DNA from: Camelus dromedarius
Taxonomy: Eukaryota
Reading direction: 5' to 3'
Assembly (NCBI RefSeq): GCF_036321535.1
Contig: NC_087436.1
Location: 96,412,001 to 96,476,000 of the forward strand
DNA: 64,000 nt
Shown here one piece after another: positions 50,481-63,700 of this stretch. The notes beneath the pieces were generated by a model that saw nothing but the letters and a program-made list of their open reading frames with translations, searched no databases and had not been told where the DNA came from. The first letter of the stretch is position 1; each line of letters begins with the position of its first letter. A program made the position numbers and the translations under genes.

Positions 50481-52189
50481 TGAGCCGCCAGGAGTCATTA
50501 GCTATTTCAGTTGAAGGTTTGCTTAAGAGTGAATCCAATACAGAGGAAAGCAAAACAGAGAAATGGAGAAAGGAAAAATTCTGTGATATTGTTTGAGCAC
50601 ATAATAATAATAATAATTGTTATTATTTGAGTTGGGCTTCTGTCACTTGCATCCAAAGAGTTCCAATGAAGCCACGGTTGCTTATACAGTTGGTTCTTTT
50701 ACAAAGTTCATTTCATAAATCCTGGCTTATTATGCTTGAAGATTAATTTTATATCTTTAGGTTAATTTTGAAAATCTGTGGTTTGATCCATGTTGTGATG
50801 ATGCTATAGTTGAAATCTCAGAAACAGATATTTCTAAGTTCTTATGGGTCTTAAAATATTTCCCAATGGGCACATCAAATCCCATGGTCTATGCGAGACA
50901 GGAAGCAGGAACACAGAAAGCCCACGAACCACTGCACCAAGTGCCAAGCACTGTGGTCTAAGTCCTTTTGTGATTAATGAAGTTCATTCTTATTCTTACC
51001 CCTGTGAGATTGGTAGTTTTCTCATTCTGACACTGAGGAAATGGATGAGAGTAGTCAGGTAACTCACTTTAGGTCACTCGGTTAACAAGTAGAAGAACCA
51101 CAGATACAAAACACGTTGCACTGACTGTACTGGCAGCAGGAGTCCAGAGCTGGGAGTGATCAACGCAGACAGCAGGGATCAGCAAAGCTTCCTGAAGAAG
51201 TGTGAGCAGAACCTCTTTTCTCCTTTTCACTACTTCACTATCCTGTAGTGAAACAGCCATCTGGTGTCCTGATGGCATCCTTTGAATTACTTGAACTACT
51301 GTGGAGATGTGTGGAAATTTATTTTTGATCTGCTTCTCAAGAATGATCACATAGAAACATAATAAAGGATTCTTTCATACTTGCTTTGAAAATATTTTAC
51401 TGTCTATGTTTCTGTAATAGTCATTAAACTCACAATAACACAGTGACACCTGTCCCAGACCCTTCCAGGCTGGTCCCTCTCTAACTCTGACGGCTAAAAG
51501 AGGAGGGTCTCTTTTCTGAGTCTCTGCCCTTGAGCTCCTGTCAGCTTTGCCATCAACAAGTCATGTCAGAACTCCTTGTGTGGTTTTTGAGTCGGAGGTA
51601 TTTTCTTCAAAGCAGTTCCCTTCAAGTAGTCCCTGATAATCAGAAAAAATTCCATCTCTTCTGTTTAATTCCCCACATGCCAGTTTCTAATTGTATGTGC
51701 AAGGTTATTTTTAAAAAATTTTCTGAGCCCTTGATTGAAAGTATTTAAAGAACTTTCTAGGGACCATGTAAGCTCAGGGCAAAATAAACCCATGGAGCCT
51801 TTCATTCCAAGTTCTGCATTCATATCTAGTCTAGGTCAAGAATGAGTGACAGCTACAACTTTAGCACCCCTGGGGAGAGGGACTAATTCCATTTCTGGAC
51901 CTCGTCAATTTGATCTTGTCTTTTGAGACTTTCTGGAAGAAGTCTAAGAGAGCCATAAAGCTTTGCTCGAAGGTCCCATGGCTGTGTGGAATGAGACCAT
52001 GTGTTATAGTCAGAGTCATCTAGGGTTTTGTCCTGACTGCCTCCTGCAGTATGCCCTAAGAGACAATACTTCACCTCTATTTGAATACTTTCCTCATCTA
52101 TAAAACTGACATAATGGTATAGGCTCAGCAGGGATTGCCTTGAAGAGCTGGGCACGCACACATACACACACACACACATGCCATTCACA

Positions 52190-52396
52190 ATGTACAAAGC
52201 ATGGTTTAAAACTCTTTCCAAATGTTAAATTCTTTAATACCCATTATAACTTATGAAGGGAGAAAGATTACTAATCCTGTTTTACAATGAGAAAACTGAA
52301 GCTCAGAGTGATTAAGTAACTTACTCAGTGTCACACAGCTAATAAGTGGTAGAACTGAGTCTCAAGTTTAAGCAGTCTGATTTCAGAGTCCATGCT
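52190..52396 (-). mobile_element. MIR SINE
   Basis: atcctgttttacaatgagaaaactgaagctcagagtgattaagtaacttactcagtgtcacacagctaataagtggtagaactg. Confidence 0.8.
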
Positions 52397-52752
52397 TGCT
52401 AGAGACTCAATGTTTGTGTCCCCTCTTTCCCCCAAATTATATGTTGAAACCTAATCCCCAATGTGATATTTAGAAGTGAGGCCCTTGGGAGGTGATTAGG
52501 TCATGAGGGTGGAGCCCTTAGAAATGGGATTAGTGCCCTTATTAAAGAGACCCCAGAGAGCTCCCTTAACCGTTCCACCATGTGAGAAGGTGGCTGACTC
52601 TGAACCAAAAGAGAGCCGTCACCAGACACCAAACCTGCTGGTGCCTTAGTCTTGAACTTCCCAGCCTCCAAAACTGTTAGCAATAATGTCTGTTGTTTAT
52701 AAGCCACCTAGCCTATGGTATACCATTGCAGCAGCCCAAACAGATTAAGACA
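52397..52752 (+). mobile_element. MLT1A-like MaLR solo LTR
   Basis: tgctagagactcaatgtttgtgtcccc...atatgttgaaacctaatccccaatgtgat...ggtcatgagggtggagccc...gcagcccaaacagattaagaca. Confidence 0.88.
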
Positions 52753-53409
52753 GTTTTCACTTGGAAAAGCCTGGTTCCCAAGTCCATGCTCTCATCTGTT
52801 ATTATGCTGCCTTAAACAGTAGCTATTTTTATAACCTAGTTTAAAAACTTTTAATCCAAAGACTATATGTTGCAAGATGTGGGTGTGTGTGCATTGATTC
52901 TGTAGGTGGTTTAACTACAGTCACTTTTTAAAAGGAAATCAGATGAGCTTTATTTATTATTAGGCCTTTCATGAAGGTAAGATAGAGCCCCAACACTTAA
53001 AATGGATTACTTAAGGATGATTTGAGAAGTTCCAGATTTCTCTAGCATGTTGCATATATCTCTTCTCAAAATTGAGAATGATTGGATATGTTGGTGAGTG
53101 AATTAAAGAAACTCTTCTCTACTTAGTAACCAGGATATTCTAAAGAGACACAGCATCTTATTAGAGTTTTTCTAAGATCTACTTATAGAAATATAGCAAA
53201 AAACAGACATCATACCAATAAACAATCATTGAGTTTCCACAATAATTTTTCATAATCATAATCTCTAAAATCAGCTATTGTAATAAGTGTGGGAAATCTT
53301 AGATCAAAGCTGAAAAGTTTATTTTTAAACTCAAGGACTTTGCTGAGCCTTTGATACACTAATGTCCTGAGTCTCTCAGAGAGAGAGATATGGCACATTG
53401 TGATTCTTA

Positions 53410-54078
53410 ATGTAGTGCTATAGCTTAAGTGAATTGGTAATGTGTCAACTTGACTAAGCTAACCTCCATTTCCCAGAATTCCCATCCTGTGTGCGTTTTG
53501 GTTGGGGGTGGGGAGGGGTGCAACACAAGATATTCTGGCAGGAGATTGGAAAGGCAGAAATACAGCAGCAGCCCTTTTGTGGGTCTCCCACTTTGTTGCT
53601 TCTCTGCTGGCTTGCCTCAGGGATGTGGAGCAGCCGCTGGGCCTGCCAGTGCTCCACCTTTCCACAAATCCCCCTTCAGCTTCTGTGACTCTTGGGCCAG
53701 GTTGTGTGTTTAGCTCCAGCTCTTCCCACAGGACGCCCATGCCATCAAGGTCAGAGGCCGTAGGAACTGACATAGGTTCCACCTGTACTCGTGGGTTTCG
53801 GCTTATCCTTGATCTCCCCCACTTTACATCCATCTTTCTTTCTGATTGCCCATTCTGTGGACTTTAAGCTTCAACACCACACAAGAAGACACCTTTACAG
53901 AGATTCCTTAAACAAGCTGCATAATTACATACGATAAATTCCCTTGCGTATATGCTATATGATATATAGCTGTATATGATACACAGCTGTATATGATACA
54001 CTATAGAATATACACTATGTAACATATAACATAGCATGTATCACCTGCTTGTTCTTTGATTGGGGCTGTAATAGATAC
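53410..54078 (+). mobile_element. LTR41-like ERVL solo LTR
   Basis: tggtaatgtgtcaacttgactaagct...catttcccagaattccc...acaagatattctggcagg...gactttaagcttcaacacc. Contains an internal 17-bp tandem duplication agctgtatatgatacac (53968-54001). Confidence 0.7.
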
Positions 54079-54290
54079 ATAACCCTTGAGTCACGGCACA
54101 GCTAATTACATCCTCAGAAACAGTATTCTGTGGAACACTAATTAGGAAATTCTAATGTAGTTGAGTCATTTTTTTTGATAGAATTTTCCCAGTAGTTGAG
54201 TAAAAATGTGTTTAGAGTAATATATCACATAGTAGAATCTAATTTGCCGCTTCAATTGTAGGCTGTGGTAAGAAATAACATTTAGGATTC

Positions 54291-54754
54291 TGTTGTGAGT
54301 TGAATTATGTTCCCCAGAAAGATATGTTCAAGTTCTTGCTCCTGGGTACCTGTGAATGTGACCTTGGAAATAGGGTCTCTGCAGATGTAATTAAGATACA
54401 AGTTGAGGCCATACTGGATTAGGGTGGGCTCTAATTCTTACAAGAAGAGAAACAGAGACACAGACACACAGACATACAGAAGGAAGATGACCATGTGGAT
54501 ACAGAGGCCGAGACTGAAGTTGTGCTGCCACAACCAACAAACTCCAAAGATTGCTAGCAATGTCCAAAACCTAAAAGAGCCAAGCAAGCACTCTTCCTAG
54601 AGCCTTCAAAGGGAGTATGGACCTGCTGTTAACTTGATTTCAGACTTCCGGCCTCTAGAACTGTGAGATAATAGATTTCATGTCAGTTCTTACTGTTGTT
54701 TTAAGTCACCCAGTTTGTGGTAATTTGTTAGAGCAGCCCTAGTTAACTGATACA
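54291..54754 (+). mobile_element. MLT1C-like MaLR solo LTR
   Basis: tgttgtgagttgaattatgttcccc...acctgtgaatgtgacctt...gcagccctagttaactgataca. Perfect 5-bp TSD gattc at 54286-54290 and 54755-54759. Confidence 0.9.
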
Positions 54755-54899
54755 GATTCCAAATTAATTTTCCTAATGCCTGTTCTGGTGGTCATAGGTC
54801 TGACCTCCTTCATTTCATAAAATCCATTGCAGGACAAAGCTAAAGGTCACCTTTGTGACCATGCAGGAAGTCTTAGTAATTGTGCTCCTTTTAGAAGCC

Positions 54900-55197
54900 C
54901 ATGTTGAAGAGGATGTGGGAAAATGGGAGCCCTCATACACTTGGTGGGAATGTAAATGGGCACAGCCACTATGAGAAACGGTAGGGGGATTTCTAAAAAT
55001 ATTAAGACTAGAACTAACATATGCTCCAGCAATTCCACTCATAGGTATATATCCAAAGAACACAAGAACATTAATTTGAAAAGATTTATTCACCCCAATG
55101 TTCACAGCAGCATTATTTACAATAGCCAAGATGTGGAAACAACCTAAATATCCACTGATGAATGAATGGATAAGGAAATGTGATATACGTATATGTG

Positions 55198-55234
<37 letters not shown>

Positions 55235-55300
55235 GAAATATAATATTGTATACATGAAACTTATGCAATGTTATAAACCAATGTTATTTCAATTTTTAAA
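54900..55300 (+). mobile_element. L1 3' fragment with an internal (TA)n and a shortened 3' UTR
   Basis: gaggatgtgggaaaatgggagccctcatacacttggtgggaatgtaaatgg...ccccaatgttcacagcagcattatttacaatagccaag. Confidence 0.85.
55202..55231. repeat. (TA)n microsatellite
   Basis: Read directly from the sequence. Confidence 0.9.
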
Positions 55301-55309
55301 AAGTGCTTT

Positions 55310-55684
55310 AATTTACTGGGGCATTATTTATAATAGTCAAGATATGGAAACAAACTAAATGTTCACTAAGATGAATACATAAAGATGGTGTGGTATATAT
55401 ACACAGTAGAATACTACTCAGCCATAAAAAAGAATGAAATCTTACTATTTGCAATGACATGGATGGAACTTGGGAGTATTATGCTAAGTGAAACAAGTCA
55501 GAGAAAGACAAATACCACTAAATCTCACTATTATGAACAAACAAAAAGCCTTTTTTTTTGGTAAGCAGACCTTTGGTGGTGATCTCTTTGTAGTATATAC
55601 AGATGTTGAATTATGAAACATTATTATGAACATGTGAAATTTATATAATGTTACATACCAATTTTACCTCAATTAAAAAAAATG
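55310..55684 (+). mobile_element. Second L1 3' fragment inserted at the tail of the previous L1
   Basis: gcattatttataatagtcaagatatggaaacaaactaaatg...tcaattaaaaaaaa; flanked by aagtgcttt at 55301-55309 and 55685-55693. Confidence 0.8.
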
Positions 55685-56294
55685 AAGTGCTTTGAGTTCA
55701 ACCAGGATGGATGGTTTAGGATTATTTCATATCACTCTCATGCCACAAGTGTCCATCCATGTTCCTGATACAAGTTCTCTAGATGCTCCAGGTAGGCAGG
55801 AGTCAGGACAGCATCTTCAGTGCCCTAACCAGTTTTCTCCAAACTGATGCTCTCTGGCCAAGAGGCTGACTCTGGGCAATTGGTCCCTTGGACGTGAGGA
55901 AGTGTGATGACTTAGAACTAAGTCAGTCTTGCTTAGAGCTCTCAAAGGAAGGTCTTTCCTCACCCTTCCTACTCTAACCCTTAGTCCTATTAGCCTTGGG
56001 GTTTTTCTGTATCTTCCTCTATGGTCTAAGAGATACTCTTTCTTTTTACTTCGTTCTCATCCAGGGTCATTTATCTATTATCTTCTGGTATTAAAAACTC
56101 ATTCTGCAAACTCTGTAGGTGTATGTCTAAGTCTTTCTGACTCAAGCCTATTTTATTTTTGTTTCAGGATCTAAGACGGGTTATAAGCTGAGGGCAGAGG
56201 TAGGAGTGGATGGATTTTGCAGGGTAGTGGGAAGAGGCCCTTGGGAGAAATACAGCTAAGACTTAGGAATATTATCTCATCATATGAGAGTCTT

Positions 56295-56380
56295 TCTTTC
56301 CTCTCTCCTTCCCTCCCTTCCTTCCATCCTACCCTCCTTCCTTTCTCATTTCTTTCTCCCATTCTTTCCTCCCTTCCTTC
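56295..56380. repeat. Pyrimidine-rich (CCTT/CT) low-complexity tract
   Basis: tctttctttcctctctccttccctcccttccttccatcc... Confidence 0.8.
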
Positions 56381-57639
56381 TTGTATTGATTGTCCACATA
56401 CTTTGCTAAACACTAGACCACAATGACGTTCCATGTTTTTCCTGCTTTCTTAGGGCTCACAGCCTATCAGGGATACTGATGCACAGAACTCACAATCTGT
56501 CCATTACTTAATGGGAGGACCAGTTTACTCCCTGTGGCTCAGTGATGGTGGGGAGCAAAGCATGCCAAACAGAGGAAACCCCAAGGCACAAAAGTGTTTC
56601 TTCACAAAGGTATATTTAGGGAACTGTATGTCACTGGCGCATGTTATGGGAATGTTGAGAGATGAAACTAGATCTCTGAAGGAGCTGAAGGACATACTAA
56701 GGCACTTGGAATTTATTATCTTTACCAACTGAGATGCTGTAGAAAGTTCCAAAATTCCTAGTTAAGGAAATGATCATTTTACTCTAGATCTACCTTTCTA
56801 AGGACTCTGTACATAACATCCACTCCAGTTGGACTATATAATGCCACAAAGATAGGGACCGTGCCTATCTGGTTCTCATGTCCCCAGGGCCTGGCACAGT
56901 GCTTGGTGCAGATGTGGTGCTCCCCAGTTGTGTGCTAAGTGAATGAATGAGGCTTAGAGAAGTAATTAGATGTGGCCAAAGCCTGACATTTGAATCATGA
57001 TTCTGGGAGATTTATAAAGGATAACAGAAAATAAACCAGAGAAAACTGTCAGCTCTGTTCTGGCCATCATCTTTCTTATATTTACTCTAAATCCATCACA
57101 CTGTGATCAGGTCCAGAGCTCCTTATCCTTTGTGGAATTGGAGGGTAACTGAGGAATACCTTTCCTTGCAGCATAAACATCCATGTGTCTGATGATCATC
57201 ACTGAGTTGTCCTTAGAATCTCCAGAAGAAATAATTTCTAGCTTTTAAAATTACTTTTTTCATAAATCTCATTTTCCAACTATTTTATCATCTTTGCAGC
57301 TGACCTGGATTTTCTGTCACTTCACCTCTTTTGGCTGCCAATATCTTGCCTGGAAAAGAAGCAACTTGAGCTATGCGGTCTCTAAGGGAACAAATTTGGG
57401 CTGATGTGGAAGGACAAGAAGTCCGAGTAAGGAAGGGCTAGGAAGTGATCCATATCTAATATTTGGATAATGTTCGGGTTCTAGTCAGTAACTTAGTAAG
57501 AAATTACTAAACTACTATATTAGCCTTGAAAAGAATTAAATCCAATAAAATACACAATGCTACAATTATAACAAATTGCCCTCTGAGGTTGTTAAGAAAC
57601 CAAGTAATTTGGTTTTAAAATGAGAGAGTAAACAACAGA

Positions 57640-57850
57640 TGTTGAGTGTCTACCATGTACTAGGAACTTTGCATACTTTATTTCTTTTAATTCTTAAAAG
57701 AATTCTAAGAAGCAGAAATTTGTCCTTGTGTCATAAATGAAAAGATAAAAGTTAGAGCACTTAAGTAACTTAACTTGCCCAAGATCTCATAGCTAGTGAT
57801 TGACAGAGTCAGGACTTGAACTCACATTTGCTCAACTGAAAAGCCAAGGC
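57640..57850 (-). mobile_element. MIR SINE
   Basis: ttgagtgtctaccatgtactagg...ttaagtaacttaacttgcccaagatctcatagctagtg...agagtcaggacttgaactca. Confidence 0.7.
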
Positions 57851-57929
57851 TCTTCGCCTGTTATCCTAAAATTGGGCAGAAAACAGAAGGAATAGCCAGA
57901 GGGCTGGGCTACTTGTAAAAACCACCATC

Positions 57930-58140
57930 ACCGTCTTCTGAGCACCTCTTAGGCATCAGGCTTTAGGCTACATGAATATCACATACAACATCAGATGAAG
58001 TTTACTCTATGCCCTAAAGCTGTTCCCTGAGCATTAATTATCCCCATTTCATAAATGACAAAACTGAGGCCCAGAGAATGTAAATGACTCTTCCATTTTT
58101 ACACAGTTAGTGAGGGACAGAACTGGGAGCCCAGGCCCCA
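57930..58140 (-). mobile_element. MIR SINE
   Basis: attatccccatttcataaatgacaaaactgaggcccagagaatgtaaatgact...acacagttagtgag. Confidence 0.7.
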
Positions 58141-58454
58141 TGGGTGTAGCTCCTTGCTCTTCACTGTGGTGCTATCAATAATGTCGGTTGGGAAAGGAAA
58201 GGCCTCTCCAGGCACAAGAGCAGGGGTACCACAAGGCACCAAATGTGGGGAGCAGCCCAGCTTTAACTACAGCTGTAGCACTGAGGCAAGTAGCAGCTAG
58301 ATTTCACCTTTTCCAATTGGACAATTTTGTTGCTCTGAACAAGCACACTCAGAGAGAACAAAAAGCTAATGTTCCTACCTTGGTCATTTTTCTCCTCTAG
58401 AGTCCTGGGACAGTTACTTTAATCTGTCAGTGTCATTTTGAATAGTAAAGTGGA

Positions 58455-58635
58455 ATGCTTATCAAATTTCTGTGCTCAAAAGAATCACATTGGCTGCTTG
58501 ATTAAAATGTGATTTCTGGACTCACTCATGTAAATTCTGATCTGTAGGCCTGGACTGGGCCTGAAGGATCTGCATCTTAAACAAGCACTCCAGATACTGC
58601 TGGTGCAGGTAGTGTAAGTTCTGCCTCTTGAAACT
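58455..58635. mobile_element. MER5A-like MITE
   Basis: agaatcacattggctgcttgattaaaatgtgatttctgg...ttctgatctgtaggcctggactgggcctgaaggatctgcatcttaaacaagcactcca. Confidence 0.7.
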
Positions 58636-58639
58636 CTTG

Positions 58640-58858
58640 TGTAGTGGTCAAGATTCTGAGTCTGAATCCCTGGCTCCATCACTGCTTGCTTTGTGGTGGT
58701 AAGCGAGTTTATCAACCTCACTTAGCCTCAGTTTACCTATTGATAAAATGAGAATAATGGTGATACCTACTTCTCAGTCATGTGAGGATTAAATAAAGCA
58801 ATGCATGTAAAACATTTAATGTGTTTCTTGCACATAGTAAATACTAATAAGAAATTAG
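58640..58858 (+). mobile_element. MIR SINE
   Basis: gtgtagtggtcaaga...gaatccctggctccatcact...agcctcagtttacctattgataaaatgagaataatggtgatacctac...gtgaggattaaata. Confidence 0.8.
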
Positions 58859-61749
58859 TTATTTAGAGGAAAAAAGATTGAGCCATTCTCTCTACTAGAC
58901 TTTTTTATGTCTTTGTGACTATGCAGTTGGGGGTTGGGGGGCAGGAAGGAATTAACCCATTCCTAGAAAGGTCAGTAATACAGGATTTTTTACCTCTGAG
59001 GTATCTTTCTTATATATTCTTTTTTCTTTTGCTAAACGTGTAAATTTATCTTTGGGGTGCAAACAGAGTCTTTGAAAAGGATTTTTTTCCTCCTTGATAA
59101 TCACTAAATAGATCTTTGGTTGATGGGGCACTCATTTTCCTATAGGCTTTGTGATGGCTGCTTGGAAAATTTCTTTTCCTCTGGCTGTTTAAGAGAAATG
59201 ATAATGGAAAAAAAAAAGTCAGCAATTTGAGAACAACTGTCTCTTTCCTTTCATACACTCAGGTCAGAGATGTCAACAGCCCTCTGCCAGAGAGAGCCCT
59301 CCCCTGGACTGGAGATGCAAAGACAGGAGCCAAGCAGGTTTCCATTCAACCCCTCAGAGTTCAGGGCTGGGGCTAGACTCCCAAGCACAGAGTCTGCTGA
59401 AAACCACCAGTGGATCCTGGCTTCACATGTAAACTCACATGTGCATATGGTTCTTCAAATTTCCTTGTCTGAATCCCTGTTTATCTTTCCAAGTTCCTTT
59501 TCAGCCATACCCACTTCTTTTGTTGTCTTCATGTTTTGAGTTTTTTTGTTGGAGCCTTATTTTTTCCTTCACTCTAGACTTTTTAAATGCTGTTTCTTTG
59601 TCTAAACATGTTTTCGTCTGCCCTTTTAATCTTCATTTTGCCTTTGGATCTCTCTTGGACATTCTTTTCTATGAGAAGTCTTCACAAGGTACGAGTGGTA
59701 CAACGTTACCAGCTTTTGTGTTTGTTTCCCTGACTAGATCAGGAGCACCTTGACTTGAGGGAATTTGTCTTATTCTTTTTCTAGCTCCTGTTACCCCATC
59801 ACAGACACAAAGTGGGAACTCATTCAATATTTACTCAGTGAATAAACAAGTTGTCTTCTAGCATCCGCTGGAACATCTCCAATAATGGCAAACTTATTAC
59901 CTCCTGAGGCTGCTGGACCCATTTTTGGAAGGTTCTGCTTATTTGAAAGCTCTTTCTGATTAATGAACTGATATCAGTGGTCCTGTGACTTTCCAGGAGA
60001 GAAAAAAATGCCACTATCTTGGAGGCTTAGACAAAACCTCTGGTCCTGCCGTCATATCACAGTCTCCAAAAGACTCTCTAGTTAATGACTCAAGTGCAAA
60101 ATGAAGGCTGCTTTCTTGAGGAAGGGCTACTAGACAGAGACAGAGATAGAGACAAAGATGCAAATGTTGAGAAGGAAAAGCTGATAGCCCACCTGGGATA
60201 GAAAATATTGCCATCTTATTTTGCAAGCAAGAGAGGCAGAAGGAGTGCCTATGAGTGTGCCAGAGAGGGAGTGGCCTTTCAGACAGGGCATTCCATAGAA
60301 TGCTCTGTGGCTGGAACAATGGACTTAGGAATTTACCAAGAAGACTTTGAATTATTCTAACAGGTTCTGATTCATGAATGAGGCATGAATGAGGCAATGC
60401 CCTTTACTTTAAATATGGAGGGAGAACATTGAGAAAGTTATCATTTATTCTGTTCCAGGTGGTGGTGTGTGTTGTAATTTATAATCTGTCCATTTTTTCC
60501 CCTCACCCTAACCCCAGGAGAGAAATTTAATTATCTTCATGTTATAAAAGAGAAACAAACTTCATGAAGTAATTGGACCAAGATGACCCAGTAAATAATC
60601 TTGGGGCTGAGACCCTTAGCCCAGTATTTCCTCATCGCTTAATGCAATTAAATTCATTTCCTTTTTACAACATGCAAAATATATTGTTATTTATGTAAAA
60701 ACAACATTTTAAAAGATAAGATTATAGTCTCTACTTTAAAATCACATTTTATCCTTTCAATTTCCCTTTGGGAATTTACATACAATGGTGGCTAAATGCT
60801 AAATTACATAGAACAAAAGGATCTAAAGTAGTGCCATTTTCTTCTCCACTTGCTACGGTTTAAATTGTAATTAAAGCACACGATCAATTTCTCAAGTTCA
60901 GTCTGAGGAGTACTCAGATAAGCACCTGATTGTAATATGTCCGAAGAAACTGTTTCCACATTAGGGATGAATTTTTAGGTATAATGAAACAACTAAATGA
61001 AAACTGACAGAAAAAGAGGTTCCTATTACCAGGAATAGTGATAATATTCTTCAGAAAAACTGAGGGGAGAGTATATTGCTTGTCATTCTTTTTCCTCTTC
61101 TGAGCCCAGAAACACTGAACTCACAGCATCACTGGGCTGTTCACCGAGGGTGCTACCACTGCAGCTCTCCCTCAAGCAAACACCCATCCAAGTCCATGGT
61201 GCCTGACGAGTCCAAGGGCTGCCAGAAAGCCCTGGTCTGACTGCAGAGCTGAAGCCTTACTCAGAGTGATGGAATCAGAGTCTACCTTCGGCATTAAGAT
61301 CATAACTTTTATGGAACAAAACCAGACCCTTAAAGGAAAAGCCATGAAACTGGATGTTTAGGACCCATCCTGGATGCACTTCCATGTTGGCAATTCTTTT
61401 ATTTTGCAGTTTTTTTTCCTCCAACTTCCTTGAGCCCCTCACTCTCTGCCAACCTTCCAACCAAGGAATCTTCCTGAAGCCCCAAACCCAGTACCCATTC
61501 ATCTCTCCCACTTTCTGTACCTAAACTTGATTCTACCTGAGTCAAAGTCTTTTGTCCACCTCAGCCCCATTCATTCAGGGCCTTTCCAGATTGGCTAAGT
61601 TGGGCTAATTTCTGATAAATTCATTCAAAAAAGATAATGGTTAATGTGTCAGACATTTAAGAGGACTTGTTAACGAATTAATCCTGTGACAGAAATCTTG
61701 GGAATTTCAAGTACAATTTGTAAAAGGACACAAAAAAGTTTATACTATG

Positions 61750-62062
61750 TTCCAAAACTGTACAATAGAAATATAATATGTAGCATTAATAAACCTATGT
61801 AATTAAAAATTGTCTACTAGTTGCTTGAAAAAGGAGAAACAGGCGAAATTAACTCTAATAATGGTACATTTAATTCAGTATACTCAAAAATATTCTTTAA
61901 AAATGAAACAAGTATAAAAATTATTAATTTACTTTCTTTTTTTAGTCTAAGTTTTTGAAATCTGGTGTGTATTTTATGCCACAGCACATCTCAATTTGGA
62001 CTAGCCACATTTCAGGTGCTCCATAGCCATGTATGGCTTGCGGCTGCCCTACAGGACAGTGA
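61750..62062. mobile_element. MER33/MER3-like hAT-Charlie MITE
   Basis: ctgtacaatagaaatataatatgtagc...cagcacatctcaatttggactagccacatttcaggtgctccatagccatgtatggct...ggacagtg. Confidence 0.8.
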
Positions 62063-62234
62063 AACTATAGTCATAAAAATGAAGAGCACATTTTCTGTGT
62101 GTCTTTGTGGAGATGCAGCAAGGGAGGGGCAGGTATATGGGTATGAAAGATAGTATGGAGGGTGTAATCAGATGGCAGTGGTGATGGCAAGAAGGACAGA
62201 AAAGCGTGTGTATGTTTAATTTTAATTGAATTTA

Positions 62235-62420
62235 GGAGATAGTGTAATGTAGTAGGAGTATATATTTTGGACTACGATCAAAACTCTGCTGTGTGTTATT
62301 GGCCATATCACATAAGCTCTTTGAGCCTCAGATTACTCATTTGTAAAAGGGAGATAGTAATAACTGTTTTAGAGGATTGCTGTTGGGGGATTTACTGATA
62401 ACATATACAGAAAAGTATTG
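62235..62420 (+). mobile_element. MIR SINE
   Basis: ctctttgagcctcagattactcatttgtaaaagggagatagtaata...gaggattgctgtt. Confidence 0.65.
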
Positions 62421-63499
62421 AGTGGAGGACTCTCAATAAATGCAAATCTGCCTGTCCACTCTTTCCCCTCCTTCTCAGAAAACTTTGTATTTTTTCTCTT
62501 CTTCACACCACTTATCCCAATGCATCCCTCCTTAAGTGCTAGTTCAATTCTCAGCTTCTCTATGAAATTAAAAAAACATTTATAATTGTTATTGAACATC
62601 CTAAAAAATTGGCAAGACTATGAGACTTGATATCAAGATTAGTTCAGCAATACATTTACCAAAAGAGTCCCATTTCTGTGGTTAACATTTTGTTATCTCT
62701 CTGTGGAATGCACTTTCTCTTTGCCTTTCCACATACTATTCTTTCTACTGCCTGGCTTACATTCCAACTTGCACCTGAAGCATTCTCAGACCCCTTGAAT
62801 CTACAATGATCTTGTTCTTGATAAAATCATATCATTTCTATCCTGGGATTTACCAAGCTAGATTCAATGAAGCTTAGAATCTATGGCTAATTAATAGGTA
62901 ATTTGCAAAAAATGTTTTATGGTCGGAAAAAATAATTTGATAAAATTCAGAGTTAAAAAATTCTAATTATTTTATTTTTAATGCTTTATAGGGTAATATA
63001 TATTGTGAAATGACAAAGGAAGAGGGGGACAATTATTTGGAGCATTTTCCAAATTTATTAATCTAAGTAAAAATTTCCTATTTTCTCTTAAACTAGCATT
63101 TCAAGGAACTCCTTTTGGGATACACAAATACATACTATGCATTATGGCAATTTAATACGTGTTTCCTCATCATCTAAAGTGCAGTTTACTTTTGTTTGTT
63201 TATGCTTGATCTTCCCAATAACAGTATCTTGATGTGCATTGAGATTTAAAGCTTAGAAGAAAATTTTCATTAATTCTTTAATTTGATATTTACAATAATG
63301 GTCTGAGCTGGTAATATTTAAGAAGAGACCTGAAGGCTTCATTCAATTTTTTAACCAAATTTGATTGAGCACTGATGTGACAGGCACCATTCTAGGCTCT
63401 GCAGATGTGGTGGTAACCAAGAGAGACTCCATGGCGGCAGACAGACATTTAACCAAACTTGCACAAAATCCATTAAGTACTTTGAAGAAGAGTGGTAAC

Positions 63500-63700
63500 T
63501 GCTCATACTTATGTAACACTAAGTTCCCTGCCATAGTCTAAATACTTAAATAATTCTTAAAATAACCTAGAGGTAGGTCCTTTTATCCCCATTTGACAGA
63601 CAGAAATTGAGACACAGAGATATACAGTGACTTTCCCAGGGTCACACAGAGCCAAGATTCAAACCCCGGCAGTCTGGCTCTAGAGTTTGGCCCATGCTAT
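63500..63700 (-). mobile_element. MIR SINE
   Basis: gaggtaggtccttttatccccatttgacagacagaaattgagacacagag...gtgactttcccagggtcacacagagccaagattcaaacccc. Confidence 0.75.

Noticed and set aside
53450..53867. Cluster of overlapping ORFs in GC-richer sequence
   Set aside because: Lies inside an LTR41-like LTR; higher GC lowers stop-codon frequency.
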